Assembly (NCBI GenBank): GCA_009914755.4
Contig: CP068257.2
Location: 14,816,001-14,880,000, forward strand
DNA: 64,000 bases
Reading direction: 5' to 3'
DNA from: the human T2T-CHM13v2.0 reference genome, Homo sapiens
Part shown: piece by piece, positions 1 through 12,752 of the stretch
Position numbering within the stretch: position 1 is the first letter of the stretch
Layout: every line of letters starts with the position of its first letter
Made by a program: the position numbers and the translations under genes
The notes under the pieces: generated by a model
The model's input: the letters and a program-made list of their open reading frames with translations, nothing else
The model's database searches: none
Told to the model about the DNA's origin: nothing

Positions 1-394
1 GAAGTGAAAGGAAATTAAAAATAATTACAAAATCAATCACTAGGAAAGATTTAATTGTGGACAAAATAATGAGAAAATAACACAAATTAATGATTAGAAG
101 GTAATTGGTGAGTTTTAATGTTTTATTGGGCTCTGGATTCTAAACCTTTTCTAAAACCTAAGTCAATTGAACTGGTTGAAGAACAAATGCCTTAAGATAA
201 AAACAATTTTTATATTTAAAACCTACCATTGATTTCACAATAAAGTGCCATATAGCAGGAATATGATTAGCTAAACAAACATATATTGGCTGAAAAAAGT
301 TAATTTTGATCAAATTTTGATCATTCTGTTGTCAGTGTCCATGCTCTGCATACTCAGCCTTCAAATGAAATGTTGATCATCTCCAAAATTTAGG

Positions 395-790
395 TAACAG
401 GACACCATCTGATGTGGTTTGAGTTTGCATTCCCACCTAAATCTTATATTTAATTGTGATCCTCAGTGTTGGAGGAGGGCCCTGCTGGGAGGTGACTGCA
501 TCGTGGGGGTAGTTTCCAATGGTTCAGCAGCATCCCCCTAGTGGCTGCTCATTTAGAAGTGTGTGGCACTTCCCCATTTACTCTGTCTCTTCCTCCTGCT
601 TCAGTCACGTAGGATGTGCCAGCTTCTTCTTCATCTTCCTCCATGATTGTAAGTTTCCTGAGGCCTCCACAGACAGGCTTCCTGTACAGCCTGTGGAATG
701 CTGAGCCAATTGAACCTCTTTTCTTCATAACTTACCCAGTCTTAGGTAGTTCTTTATAGCAATATGAGCACGGACTAATACACCATCTAA
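395..790 (+). repeat. solo MaLR-type LTR (MST/MLT1-like)
   Basis: Contains MaLR LTR hallmarks: '...cccacctaaatct...attgtgatcctcagtgttggaggagggccctgctgggaggtgact...' near the start, then '...ccatgattgtaagtttcctgaggcctcc...agccaattgaacctcttttcttcataacttacccagtcttaggtagttctttatagcaatatgagcacggactaatacacc'. The 3' end is the canonical MaLR terminus. No internal region follows, so it is solo. Confidence 0.55.
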
Positions 791-1831
791 CCTATAGAAT
801 GATTCATTTGTTTCTTCATAGGCTACTTGGATCTAGGTGATAATTTGGAATGCTATTCATCTCTGATTTGAAAATGATTTGGGTTGCTTGTAATTGGTCA
901 TTTCCTAACTCACTTACTTCCTGGTTCTCATGCACAAAGCCAAGAAATATCCATCTATGTAGTCAGAGTAATTCTTTGGGTCTTAGAATCAGACTTAAAA
1001 ATCAATGAGAATAGACTTATAGATATTTACAATCCTATTTGCAAGTCTCCATCATTTTATAGGTAAAACCTAAATTCTTCCTTTTAAAATTTCATATAGT
1101 TCCTTTTTATTCTGTTCTTAATGGAGAATATATTATATATGTTTAAGTAAATCCGATGCTTTTCTTTTTTCCATCAAAGAAGTCCAAAATTCATCTTTTT
1201 TGTCTTTGTTGATTTCTGTTTCCCAAGTTCTCAGAATGCAGCTTAAATGAAAAGCACCAAGAAAGGATGATTTAACAGCTTAGACAAATTTGTATTTAAG
1301 AGCAGATGAATCTGGGAGGGGTTGGATTCCTTAGAACAGGAGTTCTTGTGGGAGTATTTGTAGGGTGGGTGAGGTGCTGCAGCAGAAATAGGATGAATAT
1401 TTTCAAGAAGCTGTCCAACCCTCTCTTCCTGCCCTTTATAGCCAACCAAAAAGTGAAAGATTACTTCCTCAGGTAATGTGCTCTGACTCCATAGACTAGG
1501 CCATGTCTCCCCGTTAAAGCGCTCACAGCTCCCTGTATGACATTTCTCAATGATGCCTACATTATGTTTCATTCTCCTTTACTGACAGGGAAAGTATTAA
1601 TTGGTATGTGGGTTAAACACGGTAAAAAATAATGATGATAGTGATTACATTTGTGAAAAATCTTAAAGCATATTATGGATCAGCGAAACACCAATATATT
1701 AGAATCTCTCTCTTTCTCTATTTGTATCTCTAGCTCTTTAAATGATTGTATTATAAGCAGTTCACCCTTTCGGTGATTACTAGAAATACAGCTTCCCCTT
1801 CACCAGGAAGGAAAATATGTTCTGCTGCACA

Positions 1832-1832
<1 letters not shown>

Positions 1833-1874
<42 letters not shown>
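1833..1874. repeat. (CA)n microsatellite, about 20 units
   Basis: Perfect 'cacacaca...' run read directly from the sequence. Confidence 0.95.
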
Positions 1875-1877
<3 letters not shown>

Positions 1878-2280
1878 TTTTGCCAGTGGATTCTCCCACA
1901 AGGACAAGTGTAGCTGACTACATTTCAGGGAATTACATGGGGAGAGTAAGTGAGGAAGTGAAAGAAGGGAAGAGGGGACACGTAGCTGTGTGTTCATCTA
2001 GACCCACCTAAAGTTCCATTTTATCATTCGAAAAAAAAGGGTGTGGCTAAGAGATGGGCATAATTAATAAACTGTTTTAGTCTTTTGGCCATTTTAAATG
2101 AAACAATTCATGTAATATTTAATATTCTTGTTATTGAAATTATATTACTGTATGTTTTTATATAGTTCTTACAATTGTAATATGTTTCTAAATAGCTTGT
2201 GTAATATTGACTAAATTCAATTATTTTAAGTCCACCTTTTAAAAACATGCTATTTGTTTTGTTTTATCTTGGTGTACCAC

Positions 2281-2650
2281 TGATGTTGTTTGGCTCTGTG
2301 TTCCCATCCAAATCTCATCTTGTAACTCCCCTAATTCCCACATGTTGTGGGAAGAACTCAGTAGGAGATGACTGAATCATAGGAGTGGGTCTTTCCCGTG
2401 CTTTTCTTGTGATAGTCAATGGGCTTCAGGACATCTGATGGCTTTAAACATGGGAGTTTGCCTGCACAAGCTCTCTTTTTGCTTGCCACCATCCACATAA
2501 GCTGTGACTTGCTCCTCTGTGCCTTCCACCATGATTGTGAGGCTTCCCCAGTGATGTGGAGCTGTGAGTTCTCCATTAAACCTCTTTCTTTTGTAAATTG
2601 CCCAGTCTTGGGTATGTCTTTATCATCAGCATGAAAATGGACTAATACAG
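2281..2650 (+). repeat. THE1 5' LTR
   Basis: See the parent element. Terminates in '...ggactaatacag'. Confidence 0.8.
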
Positions 2651-4204
2651 TAAACTAGTACCAGTAGAGTGGGGAGTTGCTGAAAAGATACCAGAAAATG
2701 TGGATGTGACTTTGGAACTAAGTAACAGGCAAAGGTTGGAACAGTTTAGAGAGATGAGAAGAAGACAGGAAAATGTAGGAAAGTTTGGAACTCCTAGAGA
2801 CTTGTTGAATAGCTTTGACCAAAATACTGATAATAGTATGGTCAATGAAATCCAGGCTGAAGTGGTCTCAGATGGAGATGAGGAATGTGTTGGGAACTGG
2901 AACAAAGGTGACACTTGTTATGTTGTAGCGAAGAGACTGGCAGCATTTTGCCCCTGCCCTAGAGATTTGTGGAACTTTGAACTTGAGAGAGATGATTTAG
3001 GGTATCTGGCAGAAGAAATTTCTAAGCAGCAAAGGATTCAAGAGGTGACTAGAGTGCTATTAAAGGCAATCAGTTTTATAAGGGAAGAAGAGCATAAAAC
3101 TGGAAAATTTGAAGCCTGACAATGCGATGGAAAAGAAAATCCCATGTTTTTGAGGAGAAATTCAAGTTAGCTGCAGAAATTTGCATAAGTAATGAGGACC
3201 CAAATGTTAATCCCCAAGACAATGGGGAAAATATCTCCAAGGCATGTCAGAGGTCTTCATGGCAGCCCCTCCCATCACAGGCCTGGAGGCCTAGGAGGAA
3301 AAAGTGGTTTCATGGGTCTTGCCCAGGGTCCCTGTGCTGTGTGCAGCCTAGGGACTTTATGCCACTCTAGCTAAAATGGGCCAAGGTACAGCTCAGGCTG
3401 TTGCTTCAGCTGGTGGAAGCCCCAAGCCTTGGCAGCTTCCATGTGGTTTTGATCCTGCGTGTGTGGAGAAGTCAAGAATTGAGGTTTGGGAACTTCCACC
3501 TTGATTTCAGAAGATGTATGGAAATGCCTGGATGCCCAGGAAGTTTGCTGCAAGGGCAGGGCCCTCATGGAGAATCTCTGCTAGGGCAGTGAGGAAGGGA
3601 AATGTGGGGTTGGAGCCCCCACACAGAGTCCCTACTGGGGCACTGCCTAATGGAGCTGTGAGAAGAGGGCCACCATCCTCCAGACCCCAGAATCGTAGAT
3701 CCACTGACAGCTTGCACTGTGTGCCTGGAAAAGCCACAGACACTCAACACCAGCTTGTGAAAGCAGCCAGGAGGGAGGCTGTACCCTGCAAAGCCACAGG
3801 GGCAGAGCTCTCCAAGACTATGGGAACCTAGGTCTTGCATCAGTGTGACATGGATGTGAGTCATGGAGTCAAGGGAGATCATTTTGGAGCTTTAAGATTT
3901 GACTACCATGCTAGATTTTGGACTCACATGGGACCCGTAGCCCCTTTATTTTGGCCAATTTCTCCCATTTGGAACAGCTGTATTTACCCAAAGCCTGTAC
4001 CCCCATTGTATCTAGGAGGTAAATAACTTCCTTTTGATTTTACAGGCTCATAGGTGGAAGGGACTTGCCTTGTCTCAGATGAGACTTTGGACTGTGGACT
4101 TTTCAGTTAATGCTGAATGAGTAGAGAGTTTGGGAGACTGTTTGGAAGGCATGATTGGTTTTGAAATGTGAAGATATGAGATTTGGGAAGGGCCAGGGGC
4201 AGAA

Positions 4205-4568
4205 TGATATAGTTTGGTTCTGTGTTCCCACCCAAATCTTATTTTGTAACTCCCATAATTCCCATGTGTTACGGGAGGGACCTGGTGGGAGATGATTGAA
4301 TCATGGAGGCAGGTCTTTCCAATGCTGTTCTTGTGATAATGAATGGGTCTCATGAGATCTAATGGCTTTAAAAACAGGAGTTTGCCCGCACAACCTCTCT
4401 TTGCCTGCCACCATCCATGTAAGATATGACTTGCTCCTTGCCTTCCACCATGAGTGTGAGGCTTCCCAGTCACATGGAACTGTGAGTTCTCCATTAAACC
4501 TCTTTCCTTTGTAAATTGCCCAGTCTTGGGCATGTCTTTATCAGCAGCATGAAAATGGACTAATACAG
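4205..4568 (+). repeat. THE1 3' LTR
   Basis: Direct repeat of the 2281-2650 copy. Starts 'tgatatagtttggttctgtgttcccacccaaatct' and ends 'ggactaatacag'. Confidence 0.8.
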
Positions 4569-5721
4569 CCACCCATTTGACTTTTGCTTAACTGGGAAAC
4601 CTGGAAGGTTACAAACTGAAATTTTAGAAACAGTAGCTGAAACCTCGCAGAGGTGCTCCTAGGATCTCTTTCAGTTTCCTACCAGAAAAGTGGGAAATTC
4701 ATACCAATCTGTTGCCCAACTTGTAGCTCTTCTAGTCCAGATGAAGAAAAGTTTCATTCGTCTGTGGATGAAGAAACTTGAGGAATAATTCTATCTACAT
4801 CAAGACTTTTTTTATAATAAATTAAGAATGGGAGCTGTGATTCTGTGGGTAAGCAATCCTTGCTCCCATGCAGGACACTAATTTTTACCTACATTTGCAC
4901 ATCAGAGCTGCCTAGAGAGCCTTTGTGAAATGCATGTGCCCTGGACCTAATCCTGGATGCTTCTGTAGGCCTGGAGAGGGGCTGTGCCATGTGCATTTTT
5001 ACAGGACTTGGAGGTCATGCTGATGTATTTTCTGGATCAGTAACAACAAACCAGGGCTTTCTTCTCACAGTCATGCTGTAAGACCCACTAATATTTGAAG
5101 GATTCATTGTTGGACAAAATGTCCAGAGACCCCATTCTCTAGAAAAGTGACCTGCTTCCCTGTGAGCTTTGGATGTAGATTGACTTAGCTTGGCCTGCCT
5201 GTCTTCATATTTTTACCTATGATTCAGATGTTAAAAAAAATTAAAGCCCTAAATTTCTTGCCCATGTTTAAATAATATTTCAAAGGTAATTTTTATAACA
5301 TAAAATATCTCCAACTTCTAGTTCAAAATATTTTGAAAGATTATTGTTTAAGTAATACATATTAACATACCCTGTATGCTTCTTTGAGAAATAATTTAGA
5401 GAGTATTTTCTAAAGGCAATAATAAGAAAACCAATAGTCATAAATAAATAAATAGTAAACACATAATAATCATAGGCATACAGCATTTTCATATCTGGTG
5501 TCTAACCCACTTGACTATAGGTACCTTGAAGCTCATAAATATTTTCATTAACATATGATGTATCGGCTGCGTATTTAAAATGGCATAGAAATGAACTATT
5601 TTCAAATTAATATTTTATTCATACAAGGAACAGACCATAGCCTTTCTTTTATTTATTCCATAAACATGAGAAAAATGTTTTTCTTCTTGCTTATATAGAC
5701 ACTGTATTAGAATACATTCTA

Positions 5722-5759
5722 ATATATATTATGTGTATATGTGTGTATGTATGTATGTA
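5722..5759. repeat. (TA)n/(TG)n/(TATG)n compound microsatellite
   Basis: 'atatatattatgtgtatatgtgtgtatgtatgtatgta'. Confidence 0.9.
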
Positions 5760-7861
5760 AGATGCTATTGAAATGACTCCCATATCTATGTTCACCTGAA
5801 AAGCTCTTAATTGTGAAACCCAAGGGGCATATGTAGTCTTTACTTTATTGGACTTCTTCGACGTGTTTGACTTGGTCTGCCACCCTGTTTGAAATTCCCA
5901 TGGCTTCTGTGAGTCTCTCCACTCTTTTCCTTCTAATCTTTCATCATTGCTCCTCTCTGTCTTCTTCAAGGGCTGCTTTCTCCTATGAACGATTTATTAT
6001 TTATCATTCTGGGATTCCTTATCCCCTCATTCTGAATACAGGTTTTAGCTGAGCAAATCAATTCCGTCATTTCAACTCTTGCTAGTATGCTGCTATTTCT
6101 CCCAATTTTTGTCTCCAACAAAATGACTTCGTACCTGAGCCACATGGCCATTTCCTCTAGGTAGCTCTACTAGTATATCTTAAATCTCAAAGCCATACCT
6201 CAGCATTTTCTTCTTCAAGTTTATGGTTACTCTTATGCTGGCTCTCCTAGGTGATGACTTCAGAATGAGCCAATTTACCAAGCTGATATTTAGGAGTCAT
6301 CTATGACTCCTCCTTAAGCCTCATTACCCATATCTGACTTTTTCCAATATAGCTTCCTAAATATTTCTTGAAAATTTCCCTCCTCTCCCTGTGTATTTCC
6401 ACTGCCTTGTTTAGGACTCTCATCATCTGCCTTCTGAGCTACTACAAAGGCCTCTTATTTTTTTCTCCATTCCAACTCTTGCCTTTTCTATAATCTATAT
6501 TAAAGAAAAATCTTGGCATAGTAATTCAAACATACACTGAAAGTCCACCATCCCTGTATGGCAAAAATAGCACATATAGCATCAATGTCATGACTCCCTA
6601 TTTTTGTATCTATGAAAAATATTACTAATTAATTAAAATATTCTATTTTGTTGTTTTAATATTTATTTAGAAAGATTCTAAGGAATTCTCAAAACAGAAG
6701 CCACCCAATCACATCATGTAAGATTTGGCAAATAAGAGTAAATGCATTTGCCATATTGATTAGGATAAACCCCATAGTGCAGCACTGTGTCATCCATGAT
6801 CTTACCTTGGTCCGATTTTCCTGCTTTGTCTCCAGCCATTCCCTGCATCATATTCTGTGAAACACTTTGGTGACAGCAGTTTCTTGCTTACACCATGCTG
6901 TTTCTTCTTTCCGGGCTTTTACTTATATTGCTCCCTTTGTTTGGAGGCTTTCTCCTTACACTCCTACCTTTTTGCCAATGCCAATTCCAATTAATTTTTA
7001 CCTGTGTCGAAAAGAGTCAGCCCAGTTCTCACCCTTTTCTTGAGTCCAGCCAAAGATTATGACTCTAGTCCATATTCCTGTAATAATCTATGCATATCTC
7101 TATCAATTCCTGTTATTGTTCTTAGTATATCTATACTTAGTCATTTTTCCACTTATGTGTTTGTTTAGCCTACTGATAGACACTGAGAAACACAATTTTA
7201 TTAGTCTAGCAATTTTCAGACAACTTATATAGTAACTAGCACATCAGCAAGCACTGTATAAGATGAGTCAATTAACTTTGAAAGTATTGCTGCACATGTA
7301 AAATATCAGATTTATTTAGGAGAGGTATTTATTTGTCTTTTCCTAAAGCACAGTTCACAAACTTCTATCATGCACTCTTCAGGCAATCCAGTCTTCCCTT
7401 AATCCACATAATTAATTTACATTGCTAGGCTGCTGTGGGAATTTAAGTTTTAAACTCCTGTGTAAAGCATAGAAATACTAAATACATTTTCTGATGAAAA
7501 TGATGTGTTTTAAAAAATAAGAATAGTTAAAGACTGTAGAGAAAACCAGCTTTTTTTGGGAAATTGTTCCCAAACACCTAAATTCTGTTTTCTTTTGTCA
7601 TGAATTATTACTATATATTATATATTAAAGCCATGTATACTTTATATTTATTTTCCTTCCCAATGTTTAAAAAACACATATTCACTGTATATACTATTGA
7701 TTCACCACAGAGATATGCTTTGGTTTTATATGGTTGAGAAATATCTAATAAAAGTGTTTCAAAATTGTTTATACTGTAATTCATACTACTTTTCTGGTCT
7801 TCTTAGTCATAAACCAAAGACATGATTCGCAGATTTAAAAGTAGATATAATATCTCTATAT

Positions 7862-8187
<326 letters not shown>

Positions 8188-8984
8188 CTATATGTCCTGG
8201 AGAAATTTGCTGTTAAAATTTATTCTTATATATCAATATGTTTTAGAGTCCTTAGGTTCTAAAACTTTTTTCTCAGTTTTCTTGAATTTTACTCATTTGG
8301 TTTTTATAAACCTAAACAGAAATAATTATATGCTGGTAAAAGGATTTCCGTATTGTCCGAGTCTCAATTATCAATCAAGGTGTGTATATGTGCATGTTGT
8401 GTATGTGTGAGTACACATTGTTTGAAAGAAATGTAAGAAGAAAGAAGCCAAAAGAAAAAGGGCTCAGTGTCAAAATATAAATGCTCTGTAATGTGATCCA
8501 ATAATATGAAAATTTGAGCAGGAACTTATATGAGCAGGATCCCATATTTTTCATGAAATTTTTTGAGAATCATGAGACAGCAATTTGAAATATTTGTACT
8601 TGATTCCCTGAAACATCAGTAAATAGCACAAAGTAGTCTTCTCTTAGGTGCCTGAATATAATTTGGTGACTACTAGATTTAGAAGGTGTTGAAATAAATT
8701 TTTTTGCCTTAAAATACGAAATACTGTGTGAACTGGTCTACTCATAGAGATGAATGGAAAGCTCCCCAGAAGTATAATAAAAAATTATGCGGAAAAGTAG
8801 TCATGTGGTAAACAGAAATAGTACCTTGTTATCCTTGTTTCAGGTTAGCCAGACACATGAATTTCATCTGTAGGAAAATGGAGAAAAAATATCTGGCCAT
8901 GGGTTTGACTGATTCCTGTTCTTATTAAGTATGTATCTTCATGTGAGAGAGAAGAGACAGGAATCATTTCTTATATATTACAGC

Positions 8985-9640
8985 TTAATTCACTCATCCG
9001 CTAGTGTTTCCTGAGCACTTTACACATGCCAGGAATAATAAACACAGAATTGACCACTTTTGTAGAGCTTATAGTCTAGTGGCAGAAGAGGCAGATTATT
9101 CAGTACCCACACAAACAAAAGTAAAATTTTTACTGTCACAATTGCTGAGAAGTGCACAGTAAACAGTGAATAATCAGGGTGGTGGGGAAGGCCTGTCTAA
9201 GGAGGAAACACTTTGGTTGAAATCTGGAGGATGGGTGGACGTTAACCAGGCAACAAAAGGAAAGACAGCTGTGCAGTAACTTTATTACGGATACACACTT
9301 TCTTAGAAAGTTAAAAGCTACATATACAAAGCACATATGCTGACTTCAGACCGTTGTTGGTATTTGCGTGGGATAGAGGGGAAAGGGAATGCATTGGGTG
9401 AAACTTTGGTTGTAGTAAGACATTTATTCAGCTTGCAGCTTACATTCTGGAAAGTCAGCCAGATAAACATTTTATCATTTAGCAAATACGTAACATAGAC
9501 AGCAATAAACGATACAAAAAATAGTAAAGCAGAATAAGAAAATGAAAGGTTAGGAGTGATGTCGTTTTAGATTGACTGTTAAAGGAAGTCCTTTCTGAGA
9601 AGTTACCTGAATGAAGTGAGATAGTAAATAATGAGCTAGG
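8985..9640 (+). repeat. Ancient mammalian interspersed repeat, family not confidently named; one or two fragmentary copies
   Basis: Contains motifs I associate with an old repeat family: '...cctgagcactttacacatgccagg...tagagcttatagtctagtgg...ggggaaggcctgtctaaggaggaaacactttggttgaaatctggaggatg...' and again '...agcttacattctgg...ataaacga...agtcctttctgagaagttacctgaatgaagtgag'. Divergent. Confidence 0.3.
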
Positions 9641-11989
9641 TTCTTTTAGCTTTTTTTAAGAGATAGAGAAAAAGATAATGAAAGCGAGCATGGCAAAATG
9701 GTAATACCTATTCTAGATTTCATACTTACAGCCTATTTTTTTTTATTATTTTTGACTCTTCTGAGCTTTTGCATTTTGAAGTATTTAAAAAGTAATTTTA
9801 TAATGCATATGTTTGTGACCACTTGGGGCCACATTCAGCCTAGATGAGCGATTGAGGAGTAGGCTAGGACTTTGTGTAGTTGTGTTTGGTTGAGTCCGCC
9901 TCAGCCGCCTATTAGGATGGATAATATTGCTATAGACAGAGGGAAGCTGGTGTCTGTTAGGTCCTGAAAGAATCCAGTTCGGCATTGACAGGTAAGAGTT
10001 ACATGTGAGAGGAAACTAAAGAATTGGGTAGGCAGTAAGCCAGCAGGTCCTTGTAGATTGTTAAGAAGTTCAGTCTCTTTTCTAGGAGCAATGGGAAGAT
10101 GTTGAATGGTTTTTCTTGCAGGGGTAAAAGTGATATGATTGGTTTTGCATTGAAGAATTTAACATTTTCCATTCATTCAAGAAATTTTAAGCTTGCAGCT
10201 ACCATTTGTCAGGTTCTGTTCCAAATATGTGGACATATATTTGTAAAAAACCAGATAGGCCTTTACACTCAGAAAACTCGAAGTGCAAAGGTAGGTGAAG
10301 TTTTTGCTGTCATCTATGGATGAACTTACTAGCTAAATATTTTGAGATCTCCTTATAAGCTGCTTTGCACCTTCAACAACCCATATAATTATCACCTTTG
10401 ACAAAGATTGGGCAACCATCTTCATTCTAATGACTGAGAATTTTGATAACTCACTAGTTTGTTCATTGTGAGAAAAATCTTTTTGTGTGTGTGTAAAGTG
10501 GTTTCTTATATTGTTTTGTCTGTTTCCTATTGTATCTGCAATGGTTATGTGATTCTTTTCCAAGTTTAAGGATTCTAATATTTTAAGGTCAAGAAGGCCT
10601 GGGCCAAGGACAGAAGAGCCACATGAGTTGCATGTTCATTACTAAAGCCGAGCCAAAAAACACAGTCCTTCAGAGTGTCATTCGAGAACTGGAATTTTCA
10701 GCACTTGCCAAAAAGAGCATTTAAAATTCAAGTATTAGTGATAGGTATCCTTTTAATATTTTGGAGGTAGTCTGTATCTTCTGTACAAGAAACGTGTTCT
10801 AAGTGATTAGTTATTATTGGGGACTTGGAAGAAGTGATAAAGATCCATTCTCAATGAGGAAACATGAGCATAGTTAATGCCATCCAGTTTAAAAGATTGG
10901 CTTAGTAATTTCCTTTGAGCAGTTCCCTCCGATATTTCCCATTCATTTGACTTCATTCTCCTGGAGTTTTGTCATTTTCCACAAAACTTAATTGATCTAT
11001 CTTTAGAGACAAATGAGGTCCATTGTTTGCCGTGGAGACAATGTGGATGGTAGTCAAATTTGATTATTGACTCTTTCTCTTTAGTTACATAGAAAATGGG
11101 ACTACCAGGTTACTCTAGTATCTCAGTGGTTTATCGGACCTAAGTTGGTAGCAACTAAAATTTTATGTAAGTACTTCAAATTGCTCCCTATATTTATTGT
11201 AAAACAAAAGCAGTTATCTTAATATACGGCTCTTCTAACATTCAGTTTATCATATAATGAAAAAAGATGTTAGTGCTCAGACCGTAGTATCTATCAATGA
11301 ATTCTGAAAAAGAAGAAAAAAGCCAGTAAGTATTTATGCTTTTCTTAATTACCAGTTTGATAACTGCAGGCAGATAAATCTTCTTCGTTTTTATAGCCAA
11401 GTAATTAAATGTTTTTACAACAAATCTGGCGTGCCAAATAAAGACAAAATTGTTTTTAAAATTTAAAAGAAATGTTAGTTTTCAAGGGATAATATATAAA
11501 TTTAGGAGTCAATTTAGAGCTTAATATTCCTTTGAGTTTATCTTTCATTTTACATTACTAAATTTCTTTTTAGTTATAAATATTAGTATTTATATTTTAA
11601 AATTATATATTTATACAATAATATAGATGTTTGCTTTTAAGATAACCATGGGTGATAGAAACAACAAATCATATATATCTTTGCAAATGCCAGAACATTA
11701 GCAGAATTGTACCAAGTTGAATTATATCAAGTCTAGCACTGGTAGAATTACATTGAGGACAACTTTATGTGTTCCCAAATTAGAATTGATTAAGTTGGTT
11801 TGTTTGATTTTTTTGTGTAAAGTGGTTTCTTATATTGTAAAGGAAGAGTTAAATGAGCTTATGAGAGATAAAGAGTGAAAATGCTAATTTTAGAAAATGC
11901 AAGAACTTGATTTTCAATTCTTTTATTTGTTATTACAAAGGTTCAACCCCAAGGGAAAAACAGGATTGAGTGTCTCATTCGGAGAGGCT

Positions 11990-12165
11990 TTGCCTCACTT
12001 TTCTGTTTGAAAATGGCGGAGCTGGGGAACTGGGCTTGAGAGTGACAGGGACCCAGGTCAAAACTCTGCTGTTCTCCTTTACAATCTTTGTCATGTTAGG
12101 AAGTTACTTAATTCTCTTAAGTATCTGTTTCCTTATCTATAAAATGGAAATAATACTTACAAGTT
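11990..12165 (+). repeat. MIR (tRNA-derived SINE) fragment
   Basis: '...caatctttgtcatgttaggaagttacttaattctcttaagtatctgtttccttatctataaaatggaaataatacttac' resembles the MIR core '...gaccttgggcaagttacttaacctctctgtgcctcagtttcctcatctgtaaaatgggg ataataata.tacctac'. Confidence 0.5.
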
Positions 12166-12284
12166 TTAACTAGTATATGTAAGTGTCGTTAAGTGTCCAA
12201 AACTCAGTGAAGCTTATTATGCTATGAAACTTTTCCAGTCCTTTCTCTAATCACTGTGTTTATTTTACTTTTTAAATTTTTTAT

Positions 12285-12578
12285 TCTTAATTTTATGACT
12301 ATATAGTAGCTATACATATTTATGGGGTACATAAGATACTTTGATAAAGGAATATAATGCATAATAATCACATTAGGGTAAATGAGGTGTCTATCGCCTC
12401 AAGAATTTATCATTTGTGTTACAAACATTCCAATTATATTATTTTAGTTATTTTTAAAGGTACAATAAATCTGTGTTAACTATAATCACACAATTATGCT
12501 ATCAACTACTAGATCTTATTCATTCTAACTATATTTTTGTACCCATGAACCAGCCCCATATTCCCCATCACTGTGGGT
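12285..12578 (-). mobile_element. L1 3'-UTR fragment, 5'-truncated, antisense
   Basis: 'tatttatggggtacataagatactttgataaaggaatataatgcat...ggtgtctatcgcctcaagaatttatcatttgtgttacaaacattccaattatatt...' parallels the L1#1 3' end at 16630-16900 in this window. A T-run lies on the left side. Confidence 0.6.
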
Positions 12579-12636
12579 TTGTTTTTAGATATTTACCTAT
12601 AGTATTTGATCAGATATTTAATTTAATATTTTAAAT

Positions 12637-12752
12637 AGAGATGGGATCTCACTATGCTGCCCAAACTCATCTCAAACTCCTGGGCTCAAACAATCTTCCC
12701 ACTGTGGCCTTCCAAAGTGCTGAGATTACAGGTGTGAGCCACCGTGCTCCCC
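12637..12752 (-). repeat. Alu left-monomer fragment (FLAM-like or truncated Alu)
   Basis: 'agagatgggatctcactatgctgcccaaactcatctcaaactcctgggctcaaacaatcttcccactgtggccttccaaagtgctgagattacaggtgtgagccaccgtgctccc' is the reverse complement of the Alu left arm only. Confidence 0.75.

Larger units (their letters stand above)
2281..4568 (+). mobile_element. Full-length THE1-type MaLR (ERVL-MaLR) retroelement: 5' LTR, internal region, 3' LTR
   Basis: Two directly repeated LTR copies of about 365-370 bp (2281-2650 and 4205-4568) flank about 1.55 kb of THE1-internal-like sequence. Each LTR begins 'tgat(g/a)t.gtttgg(c/t)tctgtgttccca(t/c)ccaaatct...' and ends '...ccattaaacctctttc(c/t)tttgtaaattgcccagtcttggg(t/c)atgtctttatca(t/g)cagcatgaaaatggactaatacag'. 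The internal stretch matches THE1-int, for example 'gtaaactagtaccagtagagtggggagttgctgaaaagataccagaaaatgtggatgtgactttggaactaagtaacagg...'. The LTRs differ at roughly 10-15% of positions, so the insertion is old. Confidence 0.8.

Noticed and set aside
2700-3119. 139-aa ORF (+) and neighbouring ORFs at 3122-3370 and 3514-3831 inside the THE1 internal region
   Set aside because: The region is THE1-int (non-autonomous MaLR), which has no known protein-coding capacity. The ORFs have no recognisable domains and sit in an old, diverged repeat.
4075-4572. 165-aa ORF on the minus strand
   Set aside because: It lies across the THE1 3' LTR and adjacent internal sequence, so it is a chance open frame in repeat DNA.
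5870-6540. Possible additional ancient repeat ('...tccactgccttgtttaggactctcatcatctgccttctgagctactacaaaggcctc...')
   Set aside because: It resembles old SINE or DNA-element motifs, but I cannot assign a family or boundaries with confidence, so I left it out of the feature list.
9785-9985. 66-aa minus-strand ORF in a locally GC-richer patch ('gtccgcctcagccgcctattaggatgg'), considered as a NUMT or exon
   Set aside because: I see no recognisable mitochondrial or protein similarity, and it is adjacent to an ancient-repeat-like sequence. Evidence is insufficient.
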